Source of the DNA: a virus
Lineage: Duplodnaviria; Caudoviricetes
Strand: one strand, 5' to 3'
IMG/VR virus record: IMGVR_UViG_3300013121_000023
Span: 1 to 64,000 of that record
Length of the DNA: 64,000 nucleotides
In this document: positions 43,376 through 53,214 of the stretch, one piece after another
Layout: each line of letters opens with the position of its first letter
Position numbering within the stretch: position 1 is the first letter of the stretch
Position numbers and translations under genes: made by a program
The notes under the pieces: generated by a model
What the model was told of the DNA's origin: nothing
The model's input: the letters and a program-made list of their open reading frames with translations, nothing else
Databases searched by the model: none

Positions 43376-44049
43376 TGAGTGGTCATATAAATGGTGCTCT
43401 AACTGTCAAAAGGGCCACGGAGGAAGAGAATTATCTCTTTGGTGAAATACTCTCACCGGAAGAGCGAGAGCGTCTAAATGGAAAGATAGAGGCTCTTCAA
43501 AAGCTGTTCTCCCTCGGTGACAAGACCAAGGTTCTGGGTACGTATAGGATTCATCTTATATTTGATGAAGAGCGCTCTATGCATCGCCCATACAGGGGTC
43601 TTGTGACCTTTTGGGTGAGCATGCGTAAGATGGATTCTGGTAGTGCCATGAGCATGTCTATTTGTCCTACAGAAGGTTGTGACAGACCATTTTTTGAGGG
43701 TCCACAAAACGGCGTATATGGATGCCCTAAATGCGGTAAGTCGTACAAGGGTACGCAGGTAAAGGACACCATATTTGCTAGGCTAACTACGCAGAACTGG
43801 GCAGATTTGGTGCTCAAGTGGTTTCTGGCTTTCAATAGCGACGCAGACGTGCAGATTACCTATTCTCCCAAAGATATTAGGGCAGCCACACAGCTAGAGA
43901 TTGCTAAAGACAGAAGGGGAGAAGAGATAAGGAAGGTTCAGAAAGAGATGACTACGCGCGAGTCTATCTTTCCGTTTGGCAGCATAGTCAAGGCTGCTTC
44001 TAATGGGGCGCCTCTACATAGACTCTTTATGAACTACATAAACGCATGA
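43375..44049 (+). CDS. Zn-ribbon-containing protein
   Basis: CPTEGC..CPKC. Confidence 0.6.
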   Translation: MSGHINGALTVKRATEEENYLFGEILSPEERERLNGKIEALQKLFSLGDKTKVLGTYRIHLIFDEERSMHRPYRGLVTFWVSMRKMDSGSAMSMSICPTEGCDRPFFEGPQNGVYGCPKCGKSYKGTQVKDTIFARLTTQNWADLVLKWFLAFNSDADVQITYSPKDIRAATQLEIAKDRRGEEIRKVQKEMTTRESIFPFGSIVKAASNGAPLHRLFMNYINA

Positions 44050-44288
44050 ACGAAGACAAAAAGAAAGCCGCGTATAAGGTTGCTGTGTACGAGGCCGTAA
44101 TGAAGTATCTAGCCAGCAACTACGTAAAGCGCGATGTAACGGCCCCGTTCACACTTATATGTGAAGATGTCATTTACAAAGATCGCGTTGTACCGCAGGA
44201 TACGTTCTTGGAAGTGTTGGCTGTGATTTCTTCGTTGAAAGACCAGTCCAAAAAAGAATACGAAGCGTATGTGGAGATAAAGGAGTAA
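44046..44288 (+). CDS. hypothetical protein
   Basis: ATGA coupling. Confidence 0.55.
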   Translation: MNEDKKKAAYKVAVYEAVMKYLASNYVKRDVTAPFTLICEDVIYKDRVVPQDTFLEVLAVISSLKDQSKKEYEAYVEIKE

Positions 44289-44290
44289 TC

Positions 44291-44812
44291 ATGGCTAACA
44301 GACATGAGAGGCGTAAGCAGGAAGCTGTGGGTAGGAAGTCTCAGGCAGACAAGGATGGTCTGTCGGCTGACGTTAAGATGAGCATGATAGCTGCTCGTCT
44401 GAAATCGTTTGAAGCAGCGCTGGTGGAATCAAATAGGTCGGTAGTCAGTATGTTTCAGCGTATTGACTCATCGCTTATTGTTCACGCAAAGATGCTGGGA
44501 GACCTCAGCCTTGGTGTTGTGGGGGCACATACATCCAAGAAGCCGTGGAACCCTAGCGATGTATCTGGTCCCATGGCTCAGTATTTGCCGTATCATCACG
44601 ATGAATCCGGCCGCATAGACATGTTTGCCTATTTCAAAGAAATCCAGCTGGTGCTTGCTTATTTGGATTTCTTTGTAGTGCTAAAAGAAGAGTTGGCAAA
44701 AGACAGTAAGTCTCTGGAAACAGAGAAAAAGGCCGTAGAGGAAGAGTTGAGTTCTTTCGATATGGTTTATGATGGAGGTGACCATGGAGCCGTCAACGAA
44801 GCGTCGCCCTAA
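44291..44812 (+). CDS. hypothetical protein
   Basis: AAGGAG RBS. Confidence 0.6.
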   Translation: MANRHERRKQEAVGRKSQADKDGLSADVKMSMIAARLKSFEAALVESNRSVVSMFQRIDSSLIVHAKMLGDLSLGVVGAHTSKKPWNPSDVSGPMAQYLPYHHDESGRIDMFAYFKEIQLVLAYLDFFVVLKEELAKDSKSLETEKKAVEEELSSFDMVYDGGDHGAVNEASP

Positions 44813-44978
44813 GCGCATCACCTCAACAGGTGTAAAGGTTCTCAAGGAGCCAGACAGCGGTATGGACACTTTCACCTGTGAATGTGGTGCTGCTGCCCTA
44901 CCGTTTTATGATTCAACCGGCAAGAAGATGTATCATTGCGGCAGGTGTCAGAAGAAGTACAAACCTCTAAACTTCTGA
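44784..44978 (+). CDS. small Zn-ribbon protein
   Basis: GGAGGT RBS; CECG..CGRC. Confidence 0.55.
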   Translation: MEPSTKRRPKRITSTGVKVLKEPDSGMDTFTCECGAAALPFYDSTGKKMYHCGRCQKKYKPLNF

Positions 44979-44988
44979 GGGTTTTGTT

Positions 44989-47166
44989 ATGCCGAACGTA
45001 CCTGTTGATTCGTTTCTAGATGGATTTGAGTCCGAGTTGCTCGGCATAACTAAAGCAGCTTCAGGAGAAGACTCGACTGACGCTGCTCCAAAAGTAAGTC
45101 CTTATCTAGAAGACTATGGTGGGTCTAAACCTACTTCTTCTAGAGTGGATATACCTGATATATACGGTGTGCCAGGCAGGAAGAATACTCGTCTGAGAAA
45201 ACATACAATAAATAAAAGCATCATAAGTGACATACTTGAAAACAAAAGAGAAGAATTGTCTGGTAGAGAAGATCAGGAAAGAATAAATAAACTAAAGAAG
45301 GGTGCTTATCATGCGGCGCTAGCTTCTCCTTTTGCAAGTCTTCCAAAAGGGGTTATTGACTGGCTGGATAAAACTCCAGAAGGAGTAGACCCTCTTGAGT
45401 TGACCGGTATAGATAAGCTAAAGGCTTTGCATGGCGGTAAGTATCACGAGGCATTGATAAAAAAGATAAATGAAACTGCTGACCATGCAGAAAAAGTTAA
45501 GCTGTTTCAAGAGCTAGGTAGAGCAGAAGAAAAAGCACATAATCTTCAAAAGATAACAGCTCTTACGGGGCACCTAGCAACAAAAATACCGGGTAAAGTT
45601 ATTCCGTATGCACTTGCTAGTGCCGGTATAGGAGCCTTGGGTAAAGGTGGGGCTGGTGCGCAAAAACAAGCTCTCAGAGATAAATATCTTAAGTCTTTTG
45701 AAAAAGACAACCTGAGTGAAGAAGATCAGGATAAGCTGCTAGCCAGCCGGTCTAATGTAGCCGCTAGACTACATGTAGACAGCGGTTTGACGGACAAAGT
45801 AACGGCTGGTGACGCTACAAAGGCTTTGTTGGGTGGTGGTGCCTTGGCTGGTGCTACGGCTGGATCTGCTAAGGGTACGCTAGAGAGGTTGCTAGGCGCT
45901 CAACGCTTTTGGCACGGCACAACTAGCGAATCTGGCAAGAACATACTGGAGACAGGTCTAGATCCTGGTTACGGCGGTCGTGTTGGAGGCGCTGCCTGGA
46001 GAGAAACAGCCAGACACAACTTCGCTAATGATCTAGAAAAGCTAATGAATATTGATGTAGCTAAAGATTATTATGGAGAGGGTGCTAAGTACAAACAAAT
46101 AACTGAAAAGAAAATGGATCTCTTGTCTAAACTACAGTCTCTAGGTCTACCGGCTGACCAAGAGAGTGCGCTTATTGGTCATCTAGATCCGACGACGCCA
46201 CATCTCGGACACCTAGACGGTCTAGCTGAGGTAATAAAAAAAGTACGTCCAGGCGTTCGCTCTGATGCTGCTACTCAAGCTGCCCTAAGAAAGGGCAGCT
46301 CTGGGTCAGTTCTTAAGTACCTTGCGAATATGCCAAGTATGCTAGCGAATTTGAACGACCCTGAAAAAATGGACGAGGCAGTTCGCAGGGTATTTGACGC
46401 AGATAAAATGAGAGAAGCTATTGCTTTTCTAGATGATACTCCACTTGCAAACATAGACGCCTCTAATTTCCAAAGAGATGCAGAAGGAAGGGCTTACGTA
46501 GGTATATCTAAATCCGGGCCTAAAGCGTACGCTCGAATGCAAGATCCAGAGGCGTATGCGCGTATGGCCGACAAAGCTCTGAAACCAGATGAGAACGCAT
46601 CTTTGCTGGATAGGCTCAAGGCTGGCCTGAACTATTTTACAGGCTCTACAGAAGAGCCTACACTCATCGGCGGCGTCATGCCGCATGACAAGTTCAGAGC
46701 CACGTTTGAGTCTGATAAAGACGATACCCGGCAGCTAGGCACTGCGTGGCGTACCAACGACGCTAACAGGGTTATTCCTTACCCAGAGGGAAGACCTACA
46801 GCGTATCACACACCTACGGGCGTTATCGGTCCTGAGAACCTAGCTAAAGAGGATGTATCTCTAGCGCAGATACTAAAGAACCGCGCTACCAATATGGGTG
46901 ACTATATAAGAGGTTCTTACCTACCGGCAGAGGAGAGGATGCTTGGTCTCAACAAACGATTCCTATCTGGTCTTGGTAGGGTTGGTGCTCTTGCTGGTAC
47001 TGGCGCAGCGGCTTATCAGTTCGGCGCTAAACCGATGCTAGACAAGCTGAGAGGTAAGCATGTTGTGACTCCAGTCGCAGATACTTCTGCGATGGCGGCA
47101 GAGCAGCTTCGCAAATATCAAGAGGAAGAAGCTGCTAGAAAAGCAGCACAGCCTCAGCCAGCTTGA
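44989..47166 (+). CDS. putative virion protein with ADP-ribosyltransferase-like domain
   Basis: FWHGT..NILETGL and AYVG....PKAYA motifs; N-terminal GFESEL..KAAS; Gly-zipper helices. Confidence 0.6.
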   Translation: MPNVPVDSFLDGFESELLGITKAASGEDSTDAAPKVSPYLEDYGGSKPTSSRVDIPDIYGVPGRKNTRLRKHTINKSIISDILENKREELSGREDQERINKLKKGAYHAALASPFASLPKGVIDWLDKTPEGVDPLELTGIDKLKALHGGKYHEALIKKINETADHAEKVKLFQELGRAEEKAHNLQKITALTGHLATKIPGKVIPYALASAGIGALGKGGAGAQKQALRDKYLKSFEKDNLSEEDQDKLLASRSNVAARLHVDSGLTDKVTAGDATKALLGGGALAGATAGSAKGTLERLLGAQRFWHGTTSESGKNILETGLDPGYGGRVGGAAWRETARHNFANDLEKLMNIDVAKDYYGEGAKYKQITEKKMDLLSKLQSLGLPADQESALIGHLDPTTPHLGHLDGLAEVIKKVRPGVRSDAATQAALRKGSSGSVLKYLANMPSMLANLNDPEKMDEAVRRVFDADKMREAIAFLDDTPLANIDASNFQRDAEGRAYVGISKSGPKAYARMQDPEAYARMADKALKPDENASLLDRLKAGLNYFTGSTEEPTLIGGVMPHDKFRATFESDKDDTRQLGTAWRTNDANRVIPYPEGRPTAYHTPTGVIGPENLAKEDVSLAQILKNRATNMGDYIRGSYLPAEERMLGLNKRFLSGLGRVGALAGTGAAAYQFGAKPMLDKLRGKHVVTPVADTSAMAAEQLRKYQEEEAARKAAQPQPA

Positions 47167-47167
47167 G

Positions 47168-47220
47168 TAGCTAAAGAAGAACACTAAATGGCAGGCTCTC
47201 TCAGCCTGCCATTTTGTTTT
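47168..47220. terminator. bidirectional terminator
   Basis: AAATGGCAGGCT-ctctc-AGCCTGCCATTT between convergent genes; TAGCTAAA at 47168. Confidence 0.8.
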
Positions 47221-48111
47221 TCACGTTAGCTTCTTAACTATCAATTCATTGTTTATGAAATCCTGTATATACGCAGGGTATTTCACTAGTGTGTACTTCA
47301 GGTCTCTAACAATTGATTGCCTATCGGCATATTTATGACTACAGATATAGCGTATTTTGTATATACAGATAAGAACCTCTATGTTGTCGTCCATCCACAT
47401 GATTGGAAGTACCGGGTTTCTGAACAGTGCCATTAGCATACTGCCCCAATATATTTTATAATTGTTAATGCTAACAGTACTGTCTACTTTACGGGTACAT
47501 ATGCTTTTAAGATCTTCCAAGGTTGAAACATTTTCAAGATCGTTGATTACACTCAGTATTGTTGAATCATTGGGTTGTACGTACCACCAAGGTTCACTTA
47601 CGCCACTCAGTGCGTAGGTGCCTCTTATGTACGATCTGTACGCTTCTATCGTTGAAGCATCTGTTTTCTCTTTGGAAGAAAACCTCTTCGGAACACAGGC
47701 TACAAAGGTAGTTCTACTACCAAAAGGTGGCTTAGTACCGTGTTTCATAACATGCCTTAGCATGCGCAGCCGACTCGAAAGATGCGCACTATCCAAAACG
47801 TCTCTGTGTATCGGTACTTTTCCGCCTACAATCTCTGTTATGTAGGACACAAACCAATCCCAATTACCACTGCTACGACCCAGCCACCGAACACATGGAT
47901 GGTTAGGTATCGATGTTATAAATGGTTTCTTTGTTGTCTGGCTTATTGGAGTGATTCCTCCGTTTTCCTTTGATATTTCTCCAAACATACCGATTGCGTC
48001 TTTGATTATGTCGCTCCTTTTATTCATTGGTACACAACGAGCTGACAGTATCGGGTCTTCGTCTGAAACAAGTATGTTCATACTCAACACCTGCCTAGGT
48101 CGGTACTTCAT
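47221..48111 (-). CDS. pyrimidine-dimer glycosylase-like domain fused to NPxLP-family domain
   Basis: MNILVSDEDP, NHPCVRW..SGNWDW, EAYRSY pattern; C-terminal RNPVLPIMW. Confidence 0.6.
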   Translation of the reverse strand: MKYRPRQVLSMNILVSDEDPILSARCVPMNKRSDIIKDAIGMFGEISKENGGITPISQTTKKPFITSIPNHPCVRWLGRSSGNWDWFVSYITEIVGGKVPIHRDVLDSAHLSSRLRMLRHVMKHGTKPPFGSRTTFVACVPKRFSSKEKTDASTIEAYRSYIRGTYALSGVSEPWWYVQPNDSTILSVINDLENVSTLEDLKSICTRKVDSTVSINNYKIYWGSMLMALFRNPVLPIMWMDDNIEVLICIYKIRYICSHKYADRQSIVRDLKYTLVKYPAYIQDFINNELIVKKLT

Positions 48112-48515
48112 CTTTTTGCTCTTTTTCTGAGATGGTCTTTTACGTAGTTAGGTATCACTTCGCTATAGTTGCTATCCAGCCAAGCTACTACATCTTTCAA
48201 TACCAATTCTATTCCATGATCTACATCATGATCCAAGTTATCTATCAGTGTTTTTATAGCACCCACCATACACGATGCGATAATGTCGGCTTCCTTTTCA
48301 TTTGTAAATAGTACCGGTAGCACAGGATTACTTAGTAGGGCGTTCATGTACTCAGACAAAACTTCCTGGCTGGAAAACGCATTGATAATAAACATATCGT
48401 TAAACAACCGGCTTATGCTTTCCGCACTATCAGCTTCGTTTGTTCTCTGTATATACCTCCTTATTACTATTTTTCTCATTACGTGGTTTATTTTACTGTT
48501 TTCTATCACTATCAT
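48108..48515 (-). CDS. NPxLP-family protein
   Basis: SNPVLPVLF. Confidence 0.65.
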   Translation of the reverse strand: MIVIENSKINHVMRKIVIRRYIQRTNEADSAESISRLFNDMFIINAFSSQEVLSEYMNALLSNPVLPVLFTNEKEADIIASCMVGAIKTLIDNLDHDVDHGIELVLKDVVAWLDSNYSEVIPNYVKDHLRKRAKR

Positions 48516-48910
48516 GGGCTTATCCAAGTCATTGGAAACCTATCTTGCCTAGCCCTAGCGTAATCAACTATATATTGCGGTGCTCCTATAGATTTAAGGC
48601 AGTCAGCATCCATATAGTACCTTTTTTTAGCATCGGTATAGTACGTACCGGGTATTTCCGTTTTTTTCACGTAATTGTCGACCAAGGCATATCTAGTGCG
48701 TTTCACTATAGCTATCAGCGCCCTAAAGGTTTCATCCTCTCCCAGAAACCAGGCGATATGCAGCATCGGCATATTCATAATCCTTTTTAGTAGTTCTACT
48801 ATTTCTTCGCAGCTTAGCTTTGTGCTGATTGTTCTAGCGGTCAGTAGAAACCATTTTGGATTTTCTTCCTCAGCTAGTTTGTCTATTGCTTCCGCAAAAT
48901 AACTTGTCAT
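48512..48910 (-). CDS. NPxLP-family protein (divergent)
   Basis: NMPMLHIAW. Confidence 0.6.
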   Translation of the reverse strand: MTSYFAEAIDKLAEEENPKWFLLTARTISTKLSCEEIVELLKRIMNMPMLHIAWFLGEDETFRALIAIVKRTRYALVDNYVKKTEIPGTYYTDAKKRYYMDADCLKSIGAPQYIVDYARARQDRFPMTWISP

Positions 48911-49403
48911 AGCTGGCACTGTATGCGTCTAGCACTTCTTTGTATAGATTGATCGAGGCTTTAAACACCTTTTTGTTTACCTCTTCAAATGTTTTCTTCA
49001 TGTACATAGGTATGTTGATATGCGGACTACTTCTGTTTGTATCGCACAGTCGTATCCTTTGACTACTGGTATGTTCATACGTAAGTACTTTGACTTCAAT
49101 GAGTATGTACAATGCAGATGAGATCATATCCATGACCATACTGTGATGTTTTTGCATGCATATTCGTTCATAACCGATTGTTACGTAGGTACACTCCTCT
49201 GTGTATTCCATCCATATGACTGGTAGTACTGGGTTGTGGAGTAGCGCCACTACGTAGTCCCGGGAATATGTGTAATCCTGGGAATCATGAACTGTGTACG
49301 AGCGGCCACCGCCCTTCCCAAGTATCGATTCTATGGCATCGATAAGCTCCAGTGCTGTGTGGGCGTTATGTAGTGCATTTATATTGTCTTTTCTGTGCGT
49401 CAT
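48900..49403 (-). CDS. NPxLP-family protein (TTA-terminated; standard ORF to 48870)
   Basis: HNPVLPVIW; TTA at 48902-48900. Confidence 0.6.
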
Positions 49404-50128
49404 ATCAACGTATCCTCCAGATCGTCCAACATTTCTTTCAGGTTTTTTATTTCGTCTTTATTGATCTGAACGAAATGGTCTATTATGTACTTGGGAGCAC
49501 CTACTTCATGCAGTATTCTAACTGCGTAAAATTTGTGTACACTAACATTATTCATGTGTATTTTGATGCAGTCTATAAAAGAGGTGTCCAGTATGTCACT
49601 TATAATTGACTCCATTGAGTCCATATGATCGTGCCAAATAATGGGTAGGCACGGATTTTCTATTATTGCTCGCAGTAGCAGTATTAGTCGCAGTGAGGTT
49701 CCTCTCTGAACAGCTTTATTTATATTGATTTGTTTTTTGGCATTTTGTACCGCTATATTTATGCTAGGCGCTGAATCGGCTTCTACTATGGCTTGTAGTG
49801 CATCTGCTTCTTGTTCCGATTTAACTAGCTCTTTTATCGCTACTACCGGTATTGGTGTACTCGATTTATCCCAAGGTATGCTCCAGTGTACATTCAGATT
49901 TCTGTTCGTATTGTGAGCCTTTATACATCTTTCGCAAGTCACTACCCGTATGTCATTAGCGTACCTAAGTCCGTTTTGATTAATGTATATAGGAGGTTCT
50001 TCTATTGAATCGTTACACGGAGTACCTTTTCTTATAGTGGAAATGTCTTTCATGTTTGTGCAAGCCAGGTATATATCGTCATCCATAGCATTTACGCACA
50101 GATGTATGTATTCCGGTTGTTTCGTCAT
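49400..50128 (-). CDS. NPxLP-family protein with N-terminal H/C Zn-like module
   Basis: H..C..VTCERC; ENPCLPIIW. Confidence 0.65.
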   Translation of the reverse strand: MTKQPEYIHLCVNAMDDDIYLACTNMKDISTIRKGTPCNDSIEEPPIYINQNGLRYANDIRVVTCERCIKAHNTNRNLNVHWSIPWDKSSTPIPVVAIKELVKSEQEADALQAIVEADSAPSINIAVQNAKKQININKAVQRGTSLRLILLLRAIIENPCLPIIWHDHMDSMESIISDILDTSFIDCIKIHMNNVSVHKFYAVRILHEVGAPKYIIDHFVQINKDEIKNLKEMLDDLEDTLI

Positions 50129-50901
50129 TTATTCATATATTTTGTCAGCGCCTTTATGGCAGTTGTTATTTTAGCTTCCGTTGATTCGTTAAACTTAATG
50201 AAATTGTGTTTTAGTTGCGGTGGAATACCCAACTTGTCCAATGTGTACATATTATACAAATAGAAGCAGTCTCTTATGGACTTGCTACAGCCCCAACGTG
50301 TGCCAGTTCTTAGTAGTGCTTCCTCTATATATGATAGTAGACACATTATGCTGTAATTGCCTGGATTGATGTACGCATCTCCAGTAACAGCTACTATTGG
50401 ATGTGTAAAAACTACCTTCATTACGTAAATAGCCACTGCCCTAGCTATTCTAGCCGCTGTATCTATATCTTTGATGTACTCGTTTGTGTATTCCAGTTCA
50501 CCGGCTACAGTCGATATAAGTACTATAATATCGTTTATGCTATCGGCCTCGGATAGTCCTCGGTCAAAAGAACTAATAGCGAAATTAAGCCGTTTCCCGA
50601 AATTATGACTATCGATAGTTCTAAATACAAGATAGTCCAACTCTTTTTTTACGTGGACAACATCAAACTCGTCGTAATTTTTTGGTGTGTTTACCCAGAC
50701 ATCGTTAGTAAAAGAGAATCCATCTACAAGCTCTATGCATTCTTCACATGTTACTTCTAGTTTGTTAACCGTCGCCAATACGTCTCTTTTATCTATACTA
50801 TATACGTATTTACCTGACACAAGCCTTATTGCAAGTGTTTCATTTGTACAAGGTATACGTGCTATCGACCCAGCGACGACGAACAAATGGATAGGTTCCA
50901 C
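50125..50901 (-). CDS. NPxLP-family protein with N-terminal H/C Zn-like module
   Basis: VTCEEC; THPIV; start GTG 50901 after GAGGAAAGG. Confidence 0.6.
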   Translation of the reverse strand: MEPIHLFVVAGSIARIPCTNETLAIRLVSGKYVYSIDKRDVLATVNKLEVTCEECIELVDGFSFTNDVWVNTPKNYDEFDVVHVKKELDYLVFRTIDSHNFGKRLNFAISSFDRGLSEADSINDIIVLISTVAGELEYTNEYIKDIDTAARIARAVAIYVMKVVFTHPIVAVTGDAYINPGNYSIMCLLSYIEEALLRTGTRWGCSKSIRDCFYLYNMYTLDKLGIPPQLKHNFIKFNESTEAKITTAIKALTKYMNK

Positions 50902-50903
50902 GA

Positions 50904-51320
50904 TTAAAACCTTTCCTCGTAGAAACGAGACCACTCTTTCAGACTTCTGTCTTCCCGTATGTAATCATGGGTACCCAAATATATTAGGTAATCAGTGTCT
51001 TTGTCCAAAATAATCAAGTAATGCAGAATGTACTGTATGGTGTGAAGCACTATTCTCTTATCTTGTAGCCAGAGTATAGGTAGCACAGGTAGACGTATTA
51101 CGTGCTGCAACGCTTCTGTTGCTGATTTGATGACGTTACGCCTATCATCCTCTGTTAGTTTACTTATGTTACTGTCTACCCAAAGCCTATGCTGAAATCT
51201 ATTGGATCTGTCTTGTGTCGTCCACATTTTCAATTCTTGTATACTAGCAACATCATCCAGTATTTTTAGGTCTCCAAACATGTTTACAGTAGACCAATCA
51301 GTACTAACCGTCCTGCTCAT
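50904..51320 (-). CDS. NPxLP-family protein
   Basis: RLPVLPILW. Confidence 0.6.
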   Translation of the reverse strand: MSRTVSTDWSTVNMFGDLKILDDVASIQELKMWTTQDRSNRFQHRLWVDSNISKLTEDDRRNVIKSATEALQHVIRLPVLPILWLQDKRIVLHTIQYILHYLIILDKDTDYLIYLGTHDYIREDRSLKEWSRFYEERF

Positions 51321-51567
51321 AGTTTTCAATCCAGTTCCACAAACATACTTCTGCGTTTACAGGTTTTGTTTTATGCTTACCGCAGTGAATACACTCATAT
51401 ATAAATAGATAATAGTGTTGTTCTTTTTTGCATATCGAACATGGTCTTATCTGTATTTCTACACGCTCCTTGAAATGAAATACGTGCCTTGAGAAGAAGC
51501 ATTTGATCTTGTCCATGTAGGTGCTTTTGTGCTTTTCTTCTTCATGATGCTCTCTATATGGGTTCAT
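51304..51567 (-). CDS. small Zn-ribbon protein (MNPYR paralogue)
   Basis: CSIC..CIHCG. Confidence 0.6.
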   Translation of the reverse strand: MNPYREHHEEEKHKSTYMDKIKCFFSRHVFHFKERVEIQIRPCSICKKEQHYYLFIYECIHCGKHKTKPVNAEVCLWNWIENYEQDG

Positions 51568-51845
51568 AAGTCCAGCATACCTCCTGGCATGTGCTCCCAG
51601 CATTTGTCATGCGAATATGGTTGAAGTGTTACTACGATTCCGCATCTGCTACATATTCGCGCAGTACGTGTATGCGTCTGTTGTGCTCCGCATACGTAAC
51701 AGCTAGCATCCTTGAACACTATCAGTTTTATCTTTTCGTGGTTGTGGCCAATCAGATTACATACCAGTTTTCGTATCCAGTCTACGGTAGTAGGTTTTTT
51801 CTCAGTAACATCCTCGTCTTTGTGTGCTTTTCTGTATGGGTTCAT
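51564..51845 (-). CDS. small Zn-ribbon protein (MNPYR paralogue)
   Basis: CNLIGH, CYVC..CSRCG. Confidence 0.6.
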   Translation of the reverse strand: MNPYRKAHKDEDVTEKKPTTVDWIRKLVCNLIGHNHEKIKLIVFKDASCYVCGAQQTHTRTARICSRCGIVVTLQPYSHDKCWEHMPGGMLDL

Positions 51846-52684
51846 ATGACGCCAGCCAACTTAAACACATCAAGCACTGAATCTTTGCATTGTTGATAGT
51901 CTTTTAGGTGAGACTTAAGTAGCTCTTCTTTTATGTATGACGGTATTTCCAATTTTTCCAACATCTTTATGTTGTACAGTGTCGCTACATCTTCATCTAT
52001 TTCTTTTGCCGTACTTGTTTTTCCTACTGCTATGTGAAATACACAGTCTGGTATCATTTCTATGATAATGCTCATTTTTCTAATCATTATTTCTTCTGGG
52101 TTGCTCACCCATATGATGGGTAGCATCGGGTTTCGGAATATACTGATAAGTGCTGTGGTGGCTATCCTAGATATGACGAAATACACATCTGCGTGTTTGT
52201 TATTTTCTTTCGTTATTTCTTTGAATTCTGCCACCTCTTTTCTAAGAAGATTTATGAGTGATTCTAGCTCAGGCAGTGTAGCTGCCGTACACATGCACTC
52301 TTGCAAATTGTGCATTGCTTGTATTTTGAGCTTAATGCGGTCTTTATTATCAGGACCAAATACGTTCCGCATTTCTATTTGTTCCATAAACACTTCTCTA
52401 GGGTATGTAGTTTGTATGTTTCTAGAAGCGCAAGTAAATAGTTTAGCTACATTTACACCACGATTGTTTAGCCTGGCAGCAGATTGGCAGTATGTACATG
52501 TCACTTCGCTGTACAGGTAAGAATGCATCTGTACTATCAGTTTTTCACCCTGTGGAGATGTAGCCTCCTTCGGTTTTACAGAGAAGAAGTTTTCTTTTCG
52601 GTCGTATTCGTATTGGTACTCTTTACACCATATGGCTATTTTTTCGCCCACCACAAACCCGTAATGAACCATCTCGTCGCTCAT
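51842..52684 (-). CDS. NPxLP-family protein with N-terminal H/C Zn-like module
   Basis: VTCTYC; RNPMLPIIW; GGCATAAGA motif and AGAGG RBS upstream. Confidence 0.65.
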   Translation of the reverse strand: MSDEMVHYGFVVGEKIAIWCKEYQYEYDRKENFFSVKPKEATSPQGEKLIVQMHSYLYSEVTCTYCQSAARLNNRGVNVAKLFTCASRNIQTTYPREVFMEQIEMRNVFGPDNKDRIKLKIQAMHNLQECMCTAATLPELESLINLLRKEVAEFKEITKENNKHADVYFVISRIATTALISIFRNPMLPIIWVSNPEEIMIRKMSIIIEMIPDCVFHIAVGKTSTAKEIDEDVATLYNIKMLEKLEIPSYIKEELLKSHLKDYQQCKDSVLDVFKLAGVI

Positions 52685-52716
52685 GGTACCTCTTGGTTCT
52701 TATGCCAGCTATCCAA

Positions 52717-52753
52717 AGCAAAAAGCCCAAGCATCTTGAAGATGCCTGGGCTT
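52717..52753 (-). terminator. intrinsic terminator
   Basis: Minus strand AAGCCCAGGCATC-ttcaa-GATGCTTGGGCTT-TTT, with one G.U pair. Confidence 0.7.
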
Positions 52754-52771
52754 CGTGCTTACCTCTTGCCT

Positions 52772-52966
52772 ATGCAACTGAAGGTAACACTGGTCGATGG
52801 GTGTACGATCCTTGACTCTGCCAAGCCGGCTGACGTAAAGACAGCCGTTGAGCAGAAGCTAAGGGAGTTCGACGAGAAGATGCAGCAAACTGGATGGGAA
52901 CCATTGATTCCATCCGAGCAGGCTCTTCTCCGAACCTTCTTGCTGTGGTCTCTAAACGAGCACTGA
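52772..52966 (+). CDS. small hypothetical protein
   Basis: 64-aa tail of the tracked ORF with protein-like composition. Confidence 0.5.
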   Translation: MQLKVTLVDGCTILDSAKPADVKTAVEQKLREFDEKMQQTGWEPLIPSEQALLRTFLLWSLNEH

Positions 52967-53174
52967 GCAGCTTGTTCTGGGAGTGAGCAAAGGCATGGGC
53001 TTCGTCCTCTTCAGAGAAGAGAAGCACCAGGATGCCGCCGCAGTCAGCAGCGTCTTCCTTTTCTCTGCCTACTCGCACCCTTATTACTTCGTACTCAGCG
53101 ATCCCTAGCGGCTCTATAACAGCGAACATCGCGCACCTCTCTGTTTCTGGCTCCCTCCTGCGGTAGCCGTACAT
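52953..53174 (-). CDS. hypothetical protein (TTA-terminated; standard ORF to 52770)
   Basis: TTA shrinks a ~195-nt antisense overlap to 14 nt. Confidence 0.5.
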
Positions 53175-53214
53175 ATGTACGTAAGAATATAAGCTATTTG
53201 GACATAAGCAAGAG

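Noticed and set aside
50905-50907. In-frame TTA near the start of tracked ORF 50125-50934 as a counter-example to TTA-stop
   Set aside because: It lies between an RBS (GAGGAAAGG) and GTG 50901, upstream of the likely true start.
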